DNA of 64,000 nt from positions 196,669 to 260,668 of the forward strand of contig NZ_JADJNN010000008.1 in NCBI RefSeq assembly GCF_016714285.1. The letters run 5' to 3'. A program made the position numbers and the translations under genes. The stretch's first letter is position 1; each line of letters begins with the position of its first letter. The notes below the pieces were generated by a model. That model made no database searches. It was not told the DNA's origin and saw only the letters and a program-made list of their open reading frames with translations. Source of the stretch: Nannocystis sp. Its GTDB lineage: Bacteria > Myxococcota_A > Polyangia > Nannocystales > Nannocystaceae. Of this stretch, positions 40,924-53,456 are shown in pieces.

Positions 40924-41730
40924 GTGGGGGCGGCCCACACCATGTCTGCCGCCCTTGAAGCCCCGCGGATCCTCGCGGTCGATGACGACGCCGACGCCCT
41001 CTGCGAGCTCGTGCGGGCGCTCGAGGGCAGCGGCTGCGTCGTGCTCATCGCCCGCGACGCCGACGCCGGGCTGCGGCTGGCGATCGAGCAGGTGCCCGAC
41101 CTCATCGTCGCCAGCGTCGATCTGCCCGGCGTCGACGGCTGGGCCCTCGCCAAGCACGTGCGCAGCCGGCCGCGTCTGGCCCTGATCCCGTTCATCTTCC
41201 TCACCCGCGGCGACACCCACGAGGATCGCCTGCGCGGCTTCCAGCTCGGCGGCGACGACTTCGTGCGCAAGCCGCTGCGGGCCGCGGAGCTCGGCGCGCG
41301 CGTGCAGGGCTCGCTGCGTCGGCAGGCGCGCATCGTCGGCGCCGTCCAGCAACATCTGCGCGAGGTCTCGGCCCGGCCCGCCCCGGAGCCTGGTCGCCTC
41401 GGCATCGCCGGGACCCTCGAGCAGGTCGGCCTCCCGGCGCTGCTGACGATGCTGGAGCTCGAGCACAAGACCGGTGTCCTGACCCTGCTGCGCCGCGATC
41501 CGCCGCGCGAGGCTTGCCTGTACATCGTCGCGGGTCGGGTCCACGGCGCCCACCTCGCCGGACGTCAGCCGCTGCACCGCGCGGCCGCCGTCTACGAGCT
41601 GCTGCGCTGGGACAGCGGCCGCTTCGAGTTCGTCGCCCGGCCGGTCGCGCAAGTCGACGAGATCGGGCTCAGCACTGGCGAGCTCCTGCTCGAGGGGGCG
41701 CGCCGCATCGACGCCGACGTGCGCTGTTAG
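40924..41730 (+). CDS. Response regulator receiver fused to DUF4388 (PatA-like) domain
   Basis: ILAVDDD...D(L/V)PGVDG...KP receiver motifs, then a DUF4388-like block (LPALLTMLELEHKTGVLTL). Confidence 0.7.
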   Translation: MGAAHTMSAALEAPRILAVDDDADALCELVRALEGSGCVVLIARDADAGLRLAIEQVPDLIVASVDLPGVDGWALAKHVRSRPRLALIPFIFLTRGDTHEDRLRGFQLGGDDFVRKPLRAAELGARVQGSLRRQARIVGAVQQHLREVSARPAPEPGRLGIAGTLEQVGLPALLTMLELEHKTGVLTLLRRDPPREACLYIVAGRVHGAHLAGRQPLHRAAAVYELLRWDSGRFEFVARPVAQVDEIGLSTGELLLEGARRIDADVRC

Positions 41731-41747
41731 CTGTCCGCGGGGACAGC
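41730..41747. terminator. Hairpin gctgtccgcggggacagc (CCTGTCC/GGACAGG family) between convergent genes
   Basis: Directly follows the TAG of 40924..41730. Confidence 0.55.
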
Positions 41748-41787
41748 TGTCGCGGACGCCTGCCGGACGCGGGCCGCATGTGCCGCC

Positions 41788-42069
41788 TCACGGCCCGCCG
41801 GTCGTCTCGCCGTCGGTCGTCCGGGCGTCGGTGTCGACGCTGCATCGTCCGGTCCCGACCTCGAAGCTGGCCCACACGCCGGCCTCGCAGCGCAGCCCGT
41901 GGTACAGCCCGCAGCTGTCGCGCTCGGGCGCACAGACCTCGCCGTCCTGCGGGCACAGGCTGCCCTCCTCGGGCAACTCCTCGCACGCCTCCGTCGCCGG
42001 CGGCGACGCCTCGCAGGCGCCGTCGGCGAGCGCGACGGTCAGCAGCAACAGCGCGCGGTGCAGCCTCAC
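41788..42069 (-). CDS. Small secreted cysteine-rich protein (93 aa, 8 Cys)
   Basis: GTG start with AGGGA upstream; signal peptide LLLLTVALADGAC. Could be spurious. Confidence 0.35.
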   Translation of the reverse strand: MRLHRALLLLTVALADGACEASPPATEACEELPEEGSLCPQDGEVCAPERDSCGLYHGLRCEAGVWASFEVGTGRCSVDTDARTTDGETTGGP

Positions 42070-42196
42070 GCCGCATCCCTAGCAAAGCCAGTCGCGCTGT
42101 CGAATTTGTGGCGGCGGCGAGTGCCCACCCGGCCCGCGTGGATGTGCCACGGGTGACCTGAGGAGTGCCTGGCGAAGGACTGCGCGACGAGGCCGC

Positions 42197-45184
<2,988 letters not shown>

Positions 45185-45277
45185 GGGCGGGGCCGGGTTT
45201 TCCCACGGATCTCGGGTGGACGCCACCACCACGACCCCCCTTGCCGAGACGCGGCCGCGGGCTAACACTGGCCCGCC

Positions 45278-46291
45278 GTGAAGGACCTCTACTCCACCCT
45301 CGGCGTCGCCAAGACGGCGGACGCTTCCGAGATCAAGCGCTCGTATCGCAAGCTCACGCAGCAGTTTCACCCGGACAAGAACCCGGGCGACAAGCAGGCC
45401 GAGGACCGCTTCAAGGAGGTCTCGTCGGCCTACGAGGTGCTGAGCGACGCCGACAAGCGCAAGAACTATGACGAGTTCGGCGACATGAGCCTGACCCAGG
45501 GCTTCGACGTCGAGCGCGCCCGCGCCTACAAGAACGCGACCCGCGGCGGCGGCGGTGGTCGGCGCCCGCGCGGCGCTGGCGGCTTCCCGGGTGGTGGCGG
45601 CGGCGGCTTCGACGAGAGCATGTTCTCCAACATGGGCGACGCCCGCGGCACCTCCTTCGACGACCTGCTCTCGCAGCTGTTCGGCGGCGGTCGCGTCGTC
45701 GATCCCTTCGGCGCTGGCGCTGGCGCTGGCGGCGGGCGTGCGCGTGGACCGGTGAGCCGCCGCGGCCACGACATCGAGGGCGAGATCACGATCGACTTCA
45801 TGGACATGCTGCGCGGCAAGGTCGTGCCCCTGCGCATCGAGTCCGAGTCCGGCAACGGCCGCACCCTCGACGTCAAGGTCCCGCCCGGCATCGCCGACGG
45901 CGGCAAGCTGCGCATGCGCGGGCAGGGCGGGCAGGGCGACCCGAACGGCGACATCCTCCTCACCGTCAAGGTCGCGCCGCACCCTCGCCTCAAGCGCGAC
46001 GGCCAGCACCTTCTCCTCAGCCTCCCCGTCACCGCCCTCGAGGCCTACCGCGGCGGCCCCATCGACGTCCCGACCCCCGGCGGCACGGTCACCTTGAAGC
46101 TCAAGCCCGGCAGCCAGAACGGCCAGACCCTGCGCCTCAAGGGCAAGGGCATCGCCCCGGCCGGCCAGGAGCCCGGCGACCTGCTCGTCACCCTCGACCT
46201 GCGCCTGCCGCCGCCCGGCGACGCCGCCCTGCTCGCCGCGTTGGAGCAGCTCCAGGCCGACGAGGATCCGCGCGCTGACCTCGATCTGTAG
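45278..46291 (+). CDS. DnaJ-class co-chaperone (CbpA-like: J-domain, G/F-rich region, no zinc finger, C-terminal substrate-binding domains)
   Basis: J-domain with HPDKN; Gly/Phe-rich linker; CTD blocks. No CxxCxGxG repeats. Confidence 0.8.
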   Translation: MKDLYSTLGVAKTADASEIKRSYRKLTQQFHPDKNPGDKQAEDRFKEVSSAYEVLSDADKRKNYDEFGDMSLTQGFDVERARAYKNATRGGGGGRRPRGAGGFPGGGGGGFDESMFSNMGDARGTSFDDLLSQLFGGGRVVDPFGAGAGAGGGRARGPVSRRGHDIEGEITIDFMDMLRGKVVPLRIESESGNGRTLDVKVPPGIADGGKLRMRGQGGQGDPNGDILLTVKVAPHPRLKRDGQHLLLSLPVTALEAYRGGPIDVPTPGGTVTLKLKPGSQNGQTLRLKGKGIAPAGQEPGDLLVTLDLRLPPPGDAALLAALEQLQADEDPRADLDL

Positions 46292-46312
46292 ACCTGTCCG
46301 GAGGGACAGGTC
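46291..46312. terminator. Perfect 9-bp-stem hairpin gacctgtcc-ggag-ggacaggtc immediately after the dnaJ-like stop
   Basis: Canonical member of the CCTGTCC/GGACAGG palindrome family. Confidence 0.6.
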
Positions 46313-46345
46313 ACGTGGTCGCCGCAGCTCGGGACACCGTGCTAT

Positions 46346-47311
<966 letters not shown>

Positions 47312-47354
47312 GCCTGGGCGGCGGGGCCGGGCCTGGAGGTGGCCCGATACGAGT

Positions 47355-48095
47355 TGGGGGGCGCCCGGCAGGCTCGAGAAGCCGGAGGTCCGGGGGGGGG
47401 GGAAGCTGCCGCCCTCAGGGGGCCGCCGCAGGGGCGCCGGGGGGGGGGGGGGCCCCGGCCGGGCGGGGCGGGCCCCCCCGGCCCCCCGGGGGGGGGGGGG
47501 CCGCCCCCGGGGGGGGGGGGGGGGGGGGCCGCGGCGGGGGGGGGCGGCGCGGGGGGGGGGCCGCGGGGGGGGGGGGGGGGGAGGGGGCCCCGGGCGCCCG
47601 GGCCGGGGGGGGGGGGGGCGCGGGGGGGGGGGGGGGGGGGGCCCCGGCGGGGGGCCGCCGGGGGGGGCGGGGGGGGGCCCCGGGGGGGGCGCCCCGGGGG
47701 GGCGGGGGGGGGGCCCCGGGGGGGCCCCCCGGGGGGGGGGGGGGGGGGGCGCGGGGGCCCCGGGGGGGGGGGGGGCGGGGGCGGGGGCCCCCCGGGGGCG
47801 GGGCCCCGGGGGGGGGGGGGGGGGGCCCCCGGGGGGGCCCCCGGGGGGGGGGCCGGGGGGGCGGCGGGGGGGGCCCCCGGGGGGGGGGGCGGCGCGGGCC
47901 GGCGCCGCCCGGGGGGGGGCCGGGGGGGGCCCGGCCCGCGGCGGGGGCGGGGGGGGGGCGGGGGGGGGGCCGGGGGGGGGAGGGGGGGGCGCGGGGGGCG
48001 CCCGGGGCGGGGGCCGGGGGGGGCGCGGGGCCCGGGCGGGGCCGGGGGCCGGGGGGGGGGGGGCGGGGGGGGGCGGGGCGGGGGGGGGGGGGCCG
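47355..48095. repeat. About 740-bp G-rich low-complexity tract (G runs of 10-25 nt with sporadic C/A), intergenic between lipA and the phosphatase gene
   Basis: Read directly. Composition incompatible with normal coding; the plus-strand 'Gly-rich' and minus-strand 'Pro-rich' ORFs are translation of homopolymers. Confidence 0.9.
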
Positions 48096-48123
48096 GGTGC
48101 GACAACAGGCCAGAAGAGGCAGA

Positions 48124-48747
48124 TCAGGCCGTCGTGATCAGCCCGGCCGGCAGGTGGCCGGTGTCGTTGTAACTGATCAGGGCCTCGAAGCCCTCGGGGT
48201 AGACGCGCAGCTCGGTGATGCCGCAGTGGCAGCAGTCGAAGCGGCTCCAGGCCTCGTAGGGGAGGCGCAGGGTGCTCGTGACGAGGTAGCGGATCAGGTT
48301 GCCGTGGGTGAAGATGACGCAGAAGCTGGTCTGCTTGGGCGTGCGAAAGAAGCGCTCGCGGACGCGTTCGATCTGGCGGACGGTGACGGCGCGCTCCTCC
48401 GCGGTGGTGAAGGGCAGGCCGGGGTGGGCGCCGAACTCGGCGATCTTGTCGGCGTCGAGGAGGGGCAGGACCTCGTGCAGGTACGGCTTCACCTTGATGC
48501 GGTCGATGTTCAGCTCGTGCGCCGCGATCTCGGCCGTCTGCAGGGCGCGCGGCCAGGGGCTGGCGAACAGGCCCTCGAACTTGCCCTGCGCGGCCTCGAT
48601 GAGCTGGACCAGGCGGCGGCCGGTGCGGGCGGCCTGGCGGCGGCCGAGGGCGGTCAGGCCCCACACGGTGTCGCCCTGGTCGCCGATGCGCTCGTAGTGT
48701 CCGTGTCTGACGAGCAGGATCCGGCTGTAGACGACTTCGAGGCTCAT
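48124..48747 (-). CDS. Histidine phosphatase family protein (phosphoglycerate-mutase-like, SixA-like)
   Basis: RHG motif (LLVRHGH) and later catalytic His (FTHGN). ATG overlaps the stop of the upstream GIY-YIG gene. Confidence 0.7.
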   Translation of the reverse strand: MSLEVVYSRILLVRHGHYERIGDQGDTVWGLTALGRRQAARTGRRLVQLIEAAQGKFEGLFASPWPRALQTAEIAAHELNIDRIKVKPYLHEVLPLLDADKIAEFGAHPGLPFTTAEERAVTVRQIERVRERFFRTPKQTSFCVIFTHGNLIRYLVTSTLRLPYEAWSRFDCCHCGITELRVYPEGFEALISYNDTGHLPAGLITTA

Positions 48748-49097
48748 GGACGCGGAGGGTTGCTTGTAACACGACGGGCCCTGCTTGGGGTGGCCTGTGC
48801 GATCGATGCTGGCGGGGTGATCGCGGCGCGTCGGAGGCGGCGCCACAGGGCCAGGTCGCCGGCGATCAGGCGCTCCTTGTCGCAGCGGGGGAGGGCCTTG
48901 ATCGCCCGCTCGAGCTGACGGGCGGCACGTGGCGCCTGGCGGCCGCGCTTCCAGACGAGCACGAGCGGGCCGCGGCCGCGGGTGTACTTGGCCCCGGCGC
49001 CGCGGTTGTGCAGGGCGATGCGGGCCGCGAGGTCGCGGGCGATCCCGGTGTAGAGGCTGCCGTCGGCGCAGCGCAGGACGTAGACCGAGTAAGTCAC
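48744..49097 (-). CDS. GIY-YIG nuclease-family protein (UPF0213/YhbQ-like)
   Basis: YSVYVLRCADGSLYTGIARDL...R...HN motif. GTG start at 49097. Confidence 0.7.
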   Translation of the reverse strand: MTYSVYVLRCADGSLYTGIARDLAARIALHNRGAGAKYTRGRGPLVLVWKRGRQAPRAARQLERAIKALPRCDKERLIAGDLALWRRLRRAAITPPASIAQATPSRARRVTSNPPRP

Positions 49098-49169
49098 CGG
49101 GCGGGCCTGTCGTGGCGGCTGCCGTCGGCGCAGCGCAGCAGGTAGACCGAGCAGGTCACCGGGCGGCAC
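49060..49169. repeat. Tandem duplication (about 47 bp x2, 5 mismatches) of the 5' end of the GIY-YIG gene, creating a 21-codon upstream mini-ORF that ends in GTGA on the real start
   Basis: ggtgac(t/c)t(a/g)ctcggtctac(g/c)t(c/g)ctgcgctgcgccgacgg present at about 49060 and about 49123. Upstream copy translates VTCSVYLLRCADGSRHDRPAR*. Confidence 0.75.
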
Positions 49170-51207
49170 CGCCGTGGGTGGCGCCGCTGTGTTCGGCGAT
49201 CACCGCCAGCAGATCGGCGCCGTACTTCTCGGCCTTGGCCGGGCCGATCCCGTGGGCCAGGAGCAGCTGTTCACGCGAGCTCGGGCGCAGCAGCGCGAGG
49301 TCGCGCAGGCTGCGGTCGCTGGCGACGACGTAGGGCGGCACGCCGTCGCGGCCGGCGAGCTCCATGCGGCGGCCGCGGAGGCGCTGGAACAGGGCCAGGC
49401 CGGCGGCGTCGAGGGCCACCTCATCGCTGGTCTCGGCCGGGCCGCGGGTGGGCCTGGGCATCGACTTGCCGCTCGTGTGGGGCAGCATGCGGGTGACGCT
49501 GAGCGCGGGGAGCAGGAGGCGGGCCGGGGCCTCGCCCTTCATCACGCGGCGGCCGGCCTCGGTGAGGACCGCGAGGGGTTTGTCGTCGCCGGAGAACTCG
49601 ACCCAGCCGGCGACGATGCAGCGCCGGAGCAGGCGCATGAGCCAGGCGGGGTCGTACTCCTTGAGGCTGGCGAAGGTGGGGGTGTGGATCAGGCCGGAGC
49701 GCTCGAGGCGGTCGTCGGCGCGGCCGGCGAGGAGGTTGGCGGCCGCGGCGAGGCCGAAGCGGCGGTGCACGCGGGCGACCGCGCTGAGGGCCTTGCGGAC
49801 GATGAGGGTGACGGTCGCGGGGTCGGCTGTCCCGCGGGCCAGGTCGAGACAGACGTCGCAGCGGCCGCAGCCGCCGAGCGCCTCGCCCTCGTCGCCGAAG
49901 TAGCGGAGGATCGCGTCGTGGCGGCACGAGCCGCCCTCGGCCCAGCGCATGAGCTCGAGGAAGAGGTTCCACTTGTGCTCGACGACGGCGGGCTGGGGCG
50001 GGCTGTCCTCGCTGCCGCGCTCGATGAGGCGCCGGCGCAGCGGCATGTCGCCGGGGGCGATGAGCATGAGGGCGTGGGCGTCGGCGCCGTCGCGACCGGC
50101 GCGGCCGACCTCCTGGTAGTAGGCCTCGAGCGAGCTCGGCGGGGCCAGGTGGATCACGGCGCGCACGTCGGCGCGATCGATGCCCATGCCGAAGGCGTTG
50201 GTGGCGACGACGACGTCGAGCTGGCTGAGCATGAACTGCTCCTGCGCCCGCTCGCGGACCTGGGGCTCGAGGCCGGCGTGGTAGGCCTTGCAGCGCCAGC
50301 CCTGGCCGGCCAGGCGGGCCTGCTCCTGCTCGGCGGACTTGCGGGTCGGGGCGTAGACGATCGCCGTTCCAGAGACGAGGCTGCGGCTGAGGGTCTTGCT
50401 GGGGCCGCGGCCGAGTGCTTGCGCGAGCAATTGATCGACGGCGTGGTCGCGGCTGCGGCGGTCGTCGTCCTCGCGGACCTGGAGGGCGAGGTTGGGGCGG
50501 GCGAAGCCCTGGATCAGCTGCGGGGTGTCGCTGTGGAGGCCGAGGCGGGCGAGGATCTCGTCGCGGACGATCGGCGTGGCGGTGGCGGTGCAGGCGAGCA
50601 CGCGGGCGTGGGCGTGCTCGCGCACCAGCTCGCCGATCTGCAGGTACTCGGGGCGGAAGTCGTGGCCCCACTCGCTGATGCAGTGGGCCTCGTCGATGGC
50701 GAGCAGGGGGACGTGGATCTTGCGCAGGATCTCGCGGAAGGCGGGCGAGCCGAGGCGCTCGGGGGCGGCGTAGATCAGCTTGTACTGGCCGCGGGCGAGG
50801 CCGGAGAGGCGGGCGCTGATCTCGTGGCCGGGCAGGGTGCTGGCGAGGAAGGTCGCCGCGACGCCGCGGGCTTGCAGGGCCTGGACCTGGTCGGCCATCA
50901 GGGCGATCAGCGGCGAGAGCACCACGGTGGTGCCCGGCAGCAGCAGCGCCGGGAGCTGAAAGCTGAGGCTCTTGCCGCCGCCGGTCGGGGCGATCAGCAG
51001 CAGGCGGCCGGCGTTCAGGAGGGTGGTGATCGCCTCGCGCTGGCCGGGGCGGAAGCTCTCGAGGCCGAGCTGGCGCAGGGCGGCCTCGAGGTCGAAGCCG
51101 TGATCATGATCGAGGCCATGATCGAGGCCATGATCGAGGCCGTGATCGAGGCCGTGATCGAGGGCTCGAACATCCGCGTCGACGTCCATGTCGGCTGGGG
51201 CGCTCAC
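49156..51207 (-). CDS. recQ: ATP-dependent DNA helicase RecQ (helicase, RQC, HRDC domains)
   Basis: DEAH box (DEAHCISEWGHDFR), Zn-binding Cys cluster, HRDC at the C-terminus. N-terminus carries (DHGL)n encoded by a 15-bp repeat. Confidence 0.9.
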   Translation of the reverse strand: MSAPADMDVDADVRALDHGLDHGLDHGLDHGLDHDHGFDLEAALRQLGLESFRPGQREAITTLLNAGRLLLIAPTGGGKSLSFQLPALLLPGTTVVLSPLIALMADQVQALQARGVAATFLASTLPGHEISARLSGLARGQYKLIYAAPERLGSPAFREILRKIHVPLLAIDEAHCISEWGHDFRPEYLQIGELVREHAHARVLACTATATPIVRDEILARLGLHSDTPQLIQGFARPNLALQVREDDDRRSRDHAVDQLLAQALGRGPSKTLSRSLVSGTAIVYAPTRKSAEQEQARLAGQGWRCKAYHAGLEPQVRERAQEQFMLSQLDVVVATNAFGMGIDRADVRAVIHLAPPSSLEAYYQEVGRAGRDGADAHALMLIAPGDMPLRRRLIERGSEDSPPQPAVVEHKWNLFLELMRWAEGGSCRHDAILRYFGDEGEALGGCGRCDVCLDLARGTADPATVTLIVRKALSAVARVHRRFGLAAAANLLAGRADDRLERSGLIHTPTFASLKEYDPAWLMRLLRRCIVAGWVEFSGDDKPLAVLTEAGRRVMKGEAPARLLLPALSVTRMLPHTSGKSMPRPTRGPAETSDEVALDAAGLALFQRLRGRRMELAGRDGVPPYVVASDRSLRDLALLRPSSREQLLLAHGIGPAKAEKYGADLLAVIAEHSGATHGGAAR

Positions 51208-51273
51208 AGGCGGCGAGGATGATCTGCGGCGTGCTCGCGCGCAAGTGGCGGATCGCAGATCACGGCGATGCGA

Positions 51274-53325
51274 TCAGGGCGCGGGCTTCGGGGTGCTGCG
51301 GGCGAGCTGGAATTCGAGGCGCAGGCGGCCGTCGACGATGTCGGCGGCGAGCCGGGCGGAGCGACCGGTGAGCCAGCCCTGGGCGAAGTTCAGCTCGCGC
51401 TGGGCGTCGTCGATGGTCGCGAACAGCTGCCAGAGATCGGGGAGCTCGAGGTAGAAGGCGGGCAGCACCGCGGCGCTGCGCTCCAGCCCGAGCATCCACG
51501 ATAGGCGGTCGTTGCTGTCGGCGACCATGGCCCAGCCGGCCTCGATGTCGCGATCGCCGGCGCGGACGGTGCCGGGGTCGGTCATGAGGTAGAGCGAGGC
51601 GGGGACCTCGGCGTCGGGGATCTGGGCCTGTTCGACCTTGCCGGTGATCTGCGGCAGCGTGACCGGCGAGAAGCGGACCCCGCCGAGGCCCATCAGCGAG
51701 CGCAGCAGCGCGAGGTCCTGACCTTGCAGGCGCATGTAGCCGATGAAGTCGCCGCTCGGGTTGCCGCGCTGGATGTGGAGGCTGCGCAGGCTGCCGCCGA
51801 GGCCCTCGATGCGGCCGACGGCCTCGAGCGCCTGGCCGAGCATGACGGTCTCCATGCGGCCGCCCTGCTGCTTGGGCCAGCGCTGGGCGGCGCCGAAGAA
51901 GTTGGGCCAGGTCTCGAGGAAGAGGACCAGCGCGCCCCACTCGTCGGCGCGGTTGATCGTGTCCATGAGCTCGCGCTCGGGCTTGGCGTAGAGGCCGGCG
52001 GCCAGCTCGTCGAAGCCCGACAGCGCCGGGAAGCCGGCGGTGCGCAGGCAGGCGAGGCTGCCGTCGCACAGGCCGGAGATCGTCGGCACGCTGGCGGCGG
52101 CGGGGCTGCGCGTGAGCAGGCGGGTCAGCGTCTCGCGGGCCGCGTCGTCGCGCGGCTCCCACTGGAAGGTGGCCTGCAGGGTGTCGCCGTCGACGACGAC
52201 CTCGAGGCGGGCGCCGGAGAACAGGCGTCGGGTCTCGCGCAGACTGCTGAGCGCCGCGGCCTCGGCGAGCGAGGACTGCACGCCCTCGGTGTACCAGCGC
52301 TGGCGGCCCACGGCCTCGGCGACCGACATGACCTCCTGGACCGGCGGCAAGGCGTCGGCGTCGGCGTAGACGACGAAGTCGCCGCGCAGGGTGCTGAGCG
52401 GGGCGAGCGAGGCGATCGGCGCGGACAGGGCCTGCTGGACCACGGCCAGGCGCTCGGGGTCGAAGGCGGCGCCGGTGCCGGCCTCGAAGGTGAAGAAGTC
52501 GATCGCGACAGCGCCGTCGGCGGCGCGGATGAGCAGGAGCTCGCGGCTTCCGCCGGTGCACAGCTCACTCGGGCCGAGCTGGCCGCACAGGCTGTCGGTC
52601 TCGGGGGAGCGGTTCTTGCCGGCGAGGCGGCGCAGCGGCGCGAGCATCAGGCCGAGGTCCTTCACGGGCACGTGGACCCGCGAGTGCGTGCCGAGAGCGC
52701 CGGCGCGGCGGGCCAGCTCGCCCTGATCCGCCGTCGGCTTGGTGATCAGCGGCGGGGGGGGCGGCGGTGGTTGTTGAAAGATCGGGCTCGGCAGGGGCTC
52801 GATCTGCGGCGGGGTGATCGGCGGCGGCTGCATGCGATCGTAGTCGCGGGGGCCGGGGCCGACGTCGGAGGGCGTGATGCCGGGGAAGGGGTCGGGCGGG
52901 AGGTTGGTGCCGCGTTGCAGCAGGGCCCGCACACCGGCCGCGTCGCCGAGCGGGCGCATCAGGGTGGCGGTGATCACGGCGTCGGGGTCGAGGCCGAGGC
53001 GGGCGGCGACGTCGTCGACGCGCGGGTCGAAGCCGAGTTCGTTGCCGGCGCGGGCGAGGTCGCGGACGACGTCGGGGCCGAGCGGGAGCGCCTGCAGCCA
53101 CCGCTGCGCCTTGCCCGGGCGCAGGCCGATGTAGACGAGGCCGCCGGCGAGGAAGCCCGGCGCGGCGCCGAGATCGGCGGCGGGCAGCGGCGGGATCCGG
53201 GCCTGGATGGCCGCGAGCGCCGGGTCGTCGCTGCCACCCACACCGCTGCCCGACTTGCAGGCCGACAGCGCGAGGGTCAGGGCGGCGAGGCCACACAGCG
53301 ACGACGAGACGGATGGGCGTGACAC
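51274..53325 (-). CDS. Hypothetical lipoprotein (683 aa)
   Basis: Signal/lipobox LALSAC; Pro-rich linker; no known domain recognised. Confidence 0.5.
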   Translation of the reverse strand: MSRPSVSSSLCGLAALTLALSACKSGSGVGGSDDPALAAIQARIPPLPAADLGAAPGFLAGGLVYIGLRPGKAQRWLQALPLGPDVVRDLARAGNELGFDPRVDDVAARLGLDPDAVITATLMRPLGDAAGVRALLQRGTNLPPDPFPGITPSDVGPGPRDYDRMQPPPITPPQIEPLPSPIFQQPPPPPPPLITKPTADQGELARRAGALGTHSRVHVPVKDLGLMLAPLRRLAGKNRSPETDSLCGQLGPSELCTGGSRELLLIRAADGAVAIDFFTFEAGTGAAFDPERLAVVQQALSAPIASLAPLSTLRGDFVVYADADALPPVQEVMSVAEAVGRQRWYTEGVQSSLAEAAALSSLRETRRLFSGARLEVVVDGDTLQATFQWEPRDDAARETLTRLLTRSPAAASVPTISGLCDGSLACLRTAGFPALSGFDELAAGLYAKPERELMDTINRADEWGALVLFLETWPNFFGAAQRWPKQQGGRMETVMLGQALEAVGRIEGLGGSLRSLHIQRGNPSGDFIGYMRLQGQDLALLRSLMGLGGVRFSPVTLPQITGKVEQAQIPDAEVPASLYLMTDPGTVRAGDRDIEAGWAMVADSNDRLSWMLGLERSAAVLPAFYLELPDLWQLFATIDDAQRELNFAQGWLTGRSARLAADIVDGRLRLEFQLARSTPKPAP

Positions 53326-53456
53326 GGCCGCGAGTATGCCACGCGGCGTCCGCCCGCGGGCCGTGGCGTGGGCGCGCTCCGAGGCGTTCCAGGAGCGCGC
53401 GGGCCTGCGCCCGTCCTGGCCCCGCGAGGGCGCCGGTGATCGTGTAGGGTGGGCCC

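Noticed and set aside
47339-48172. Gly-rich 277-aa ORF and Pro-rich minus ORF (47278..48105) in the G-tract
   Set aside because: Products are homopolymer translations of a region that is probably a sequencing artefact; no start context or domain.
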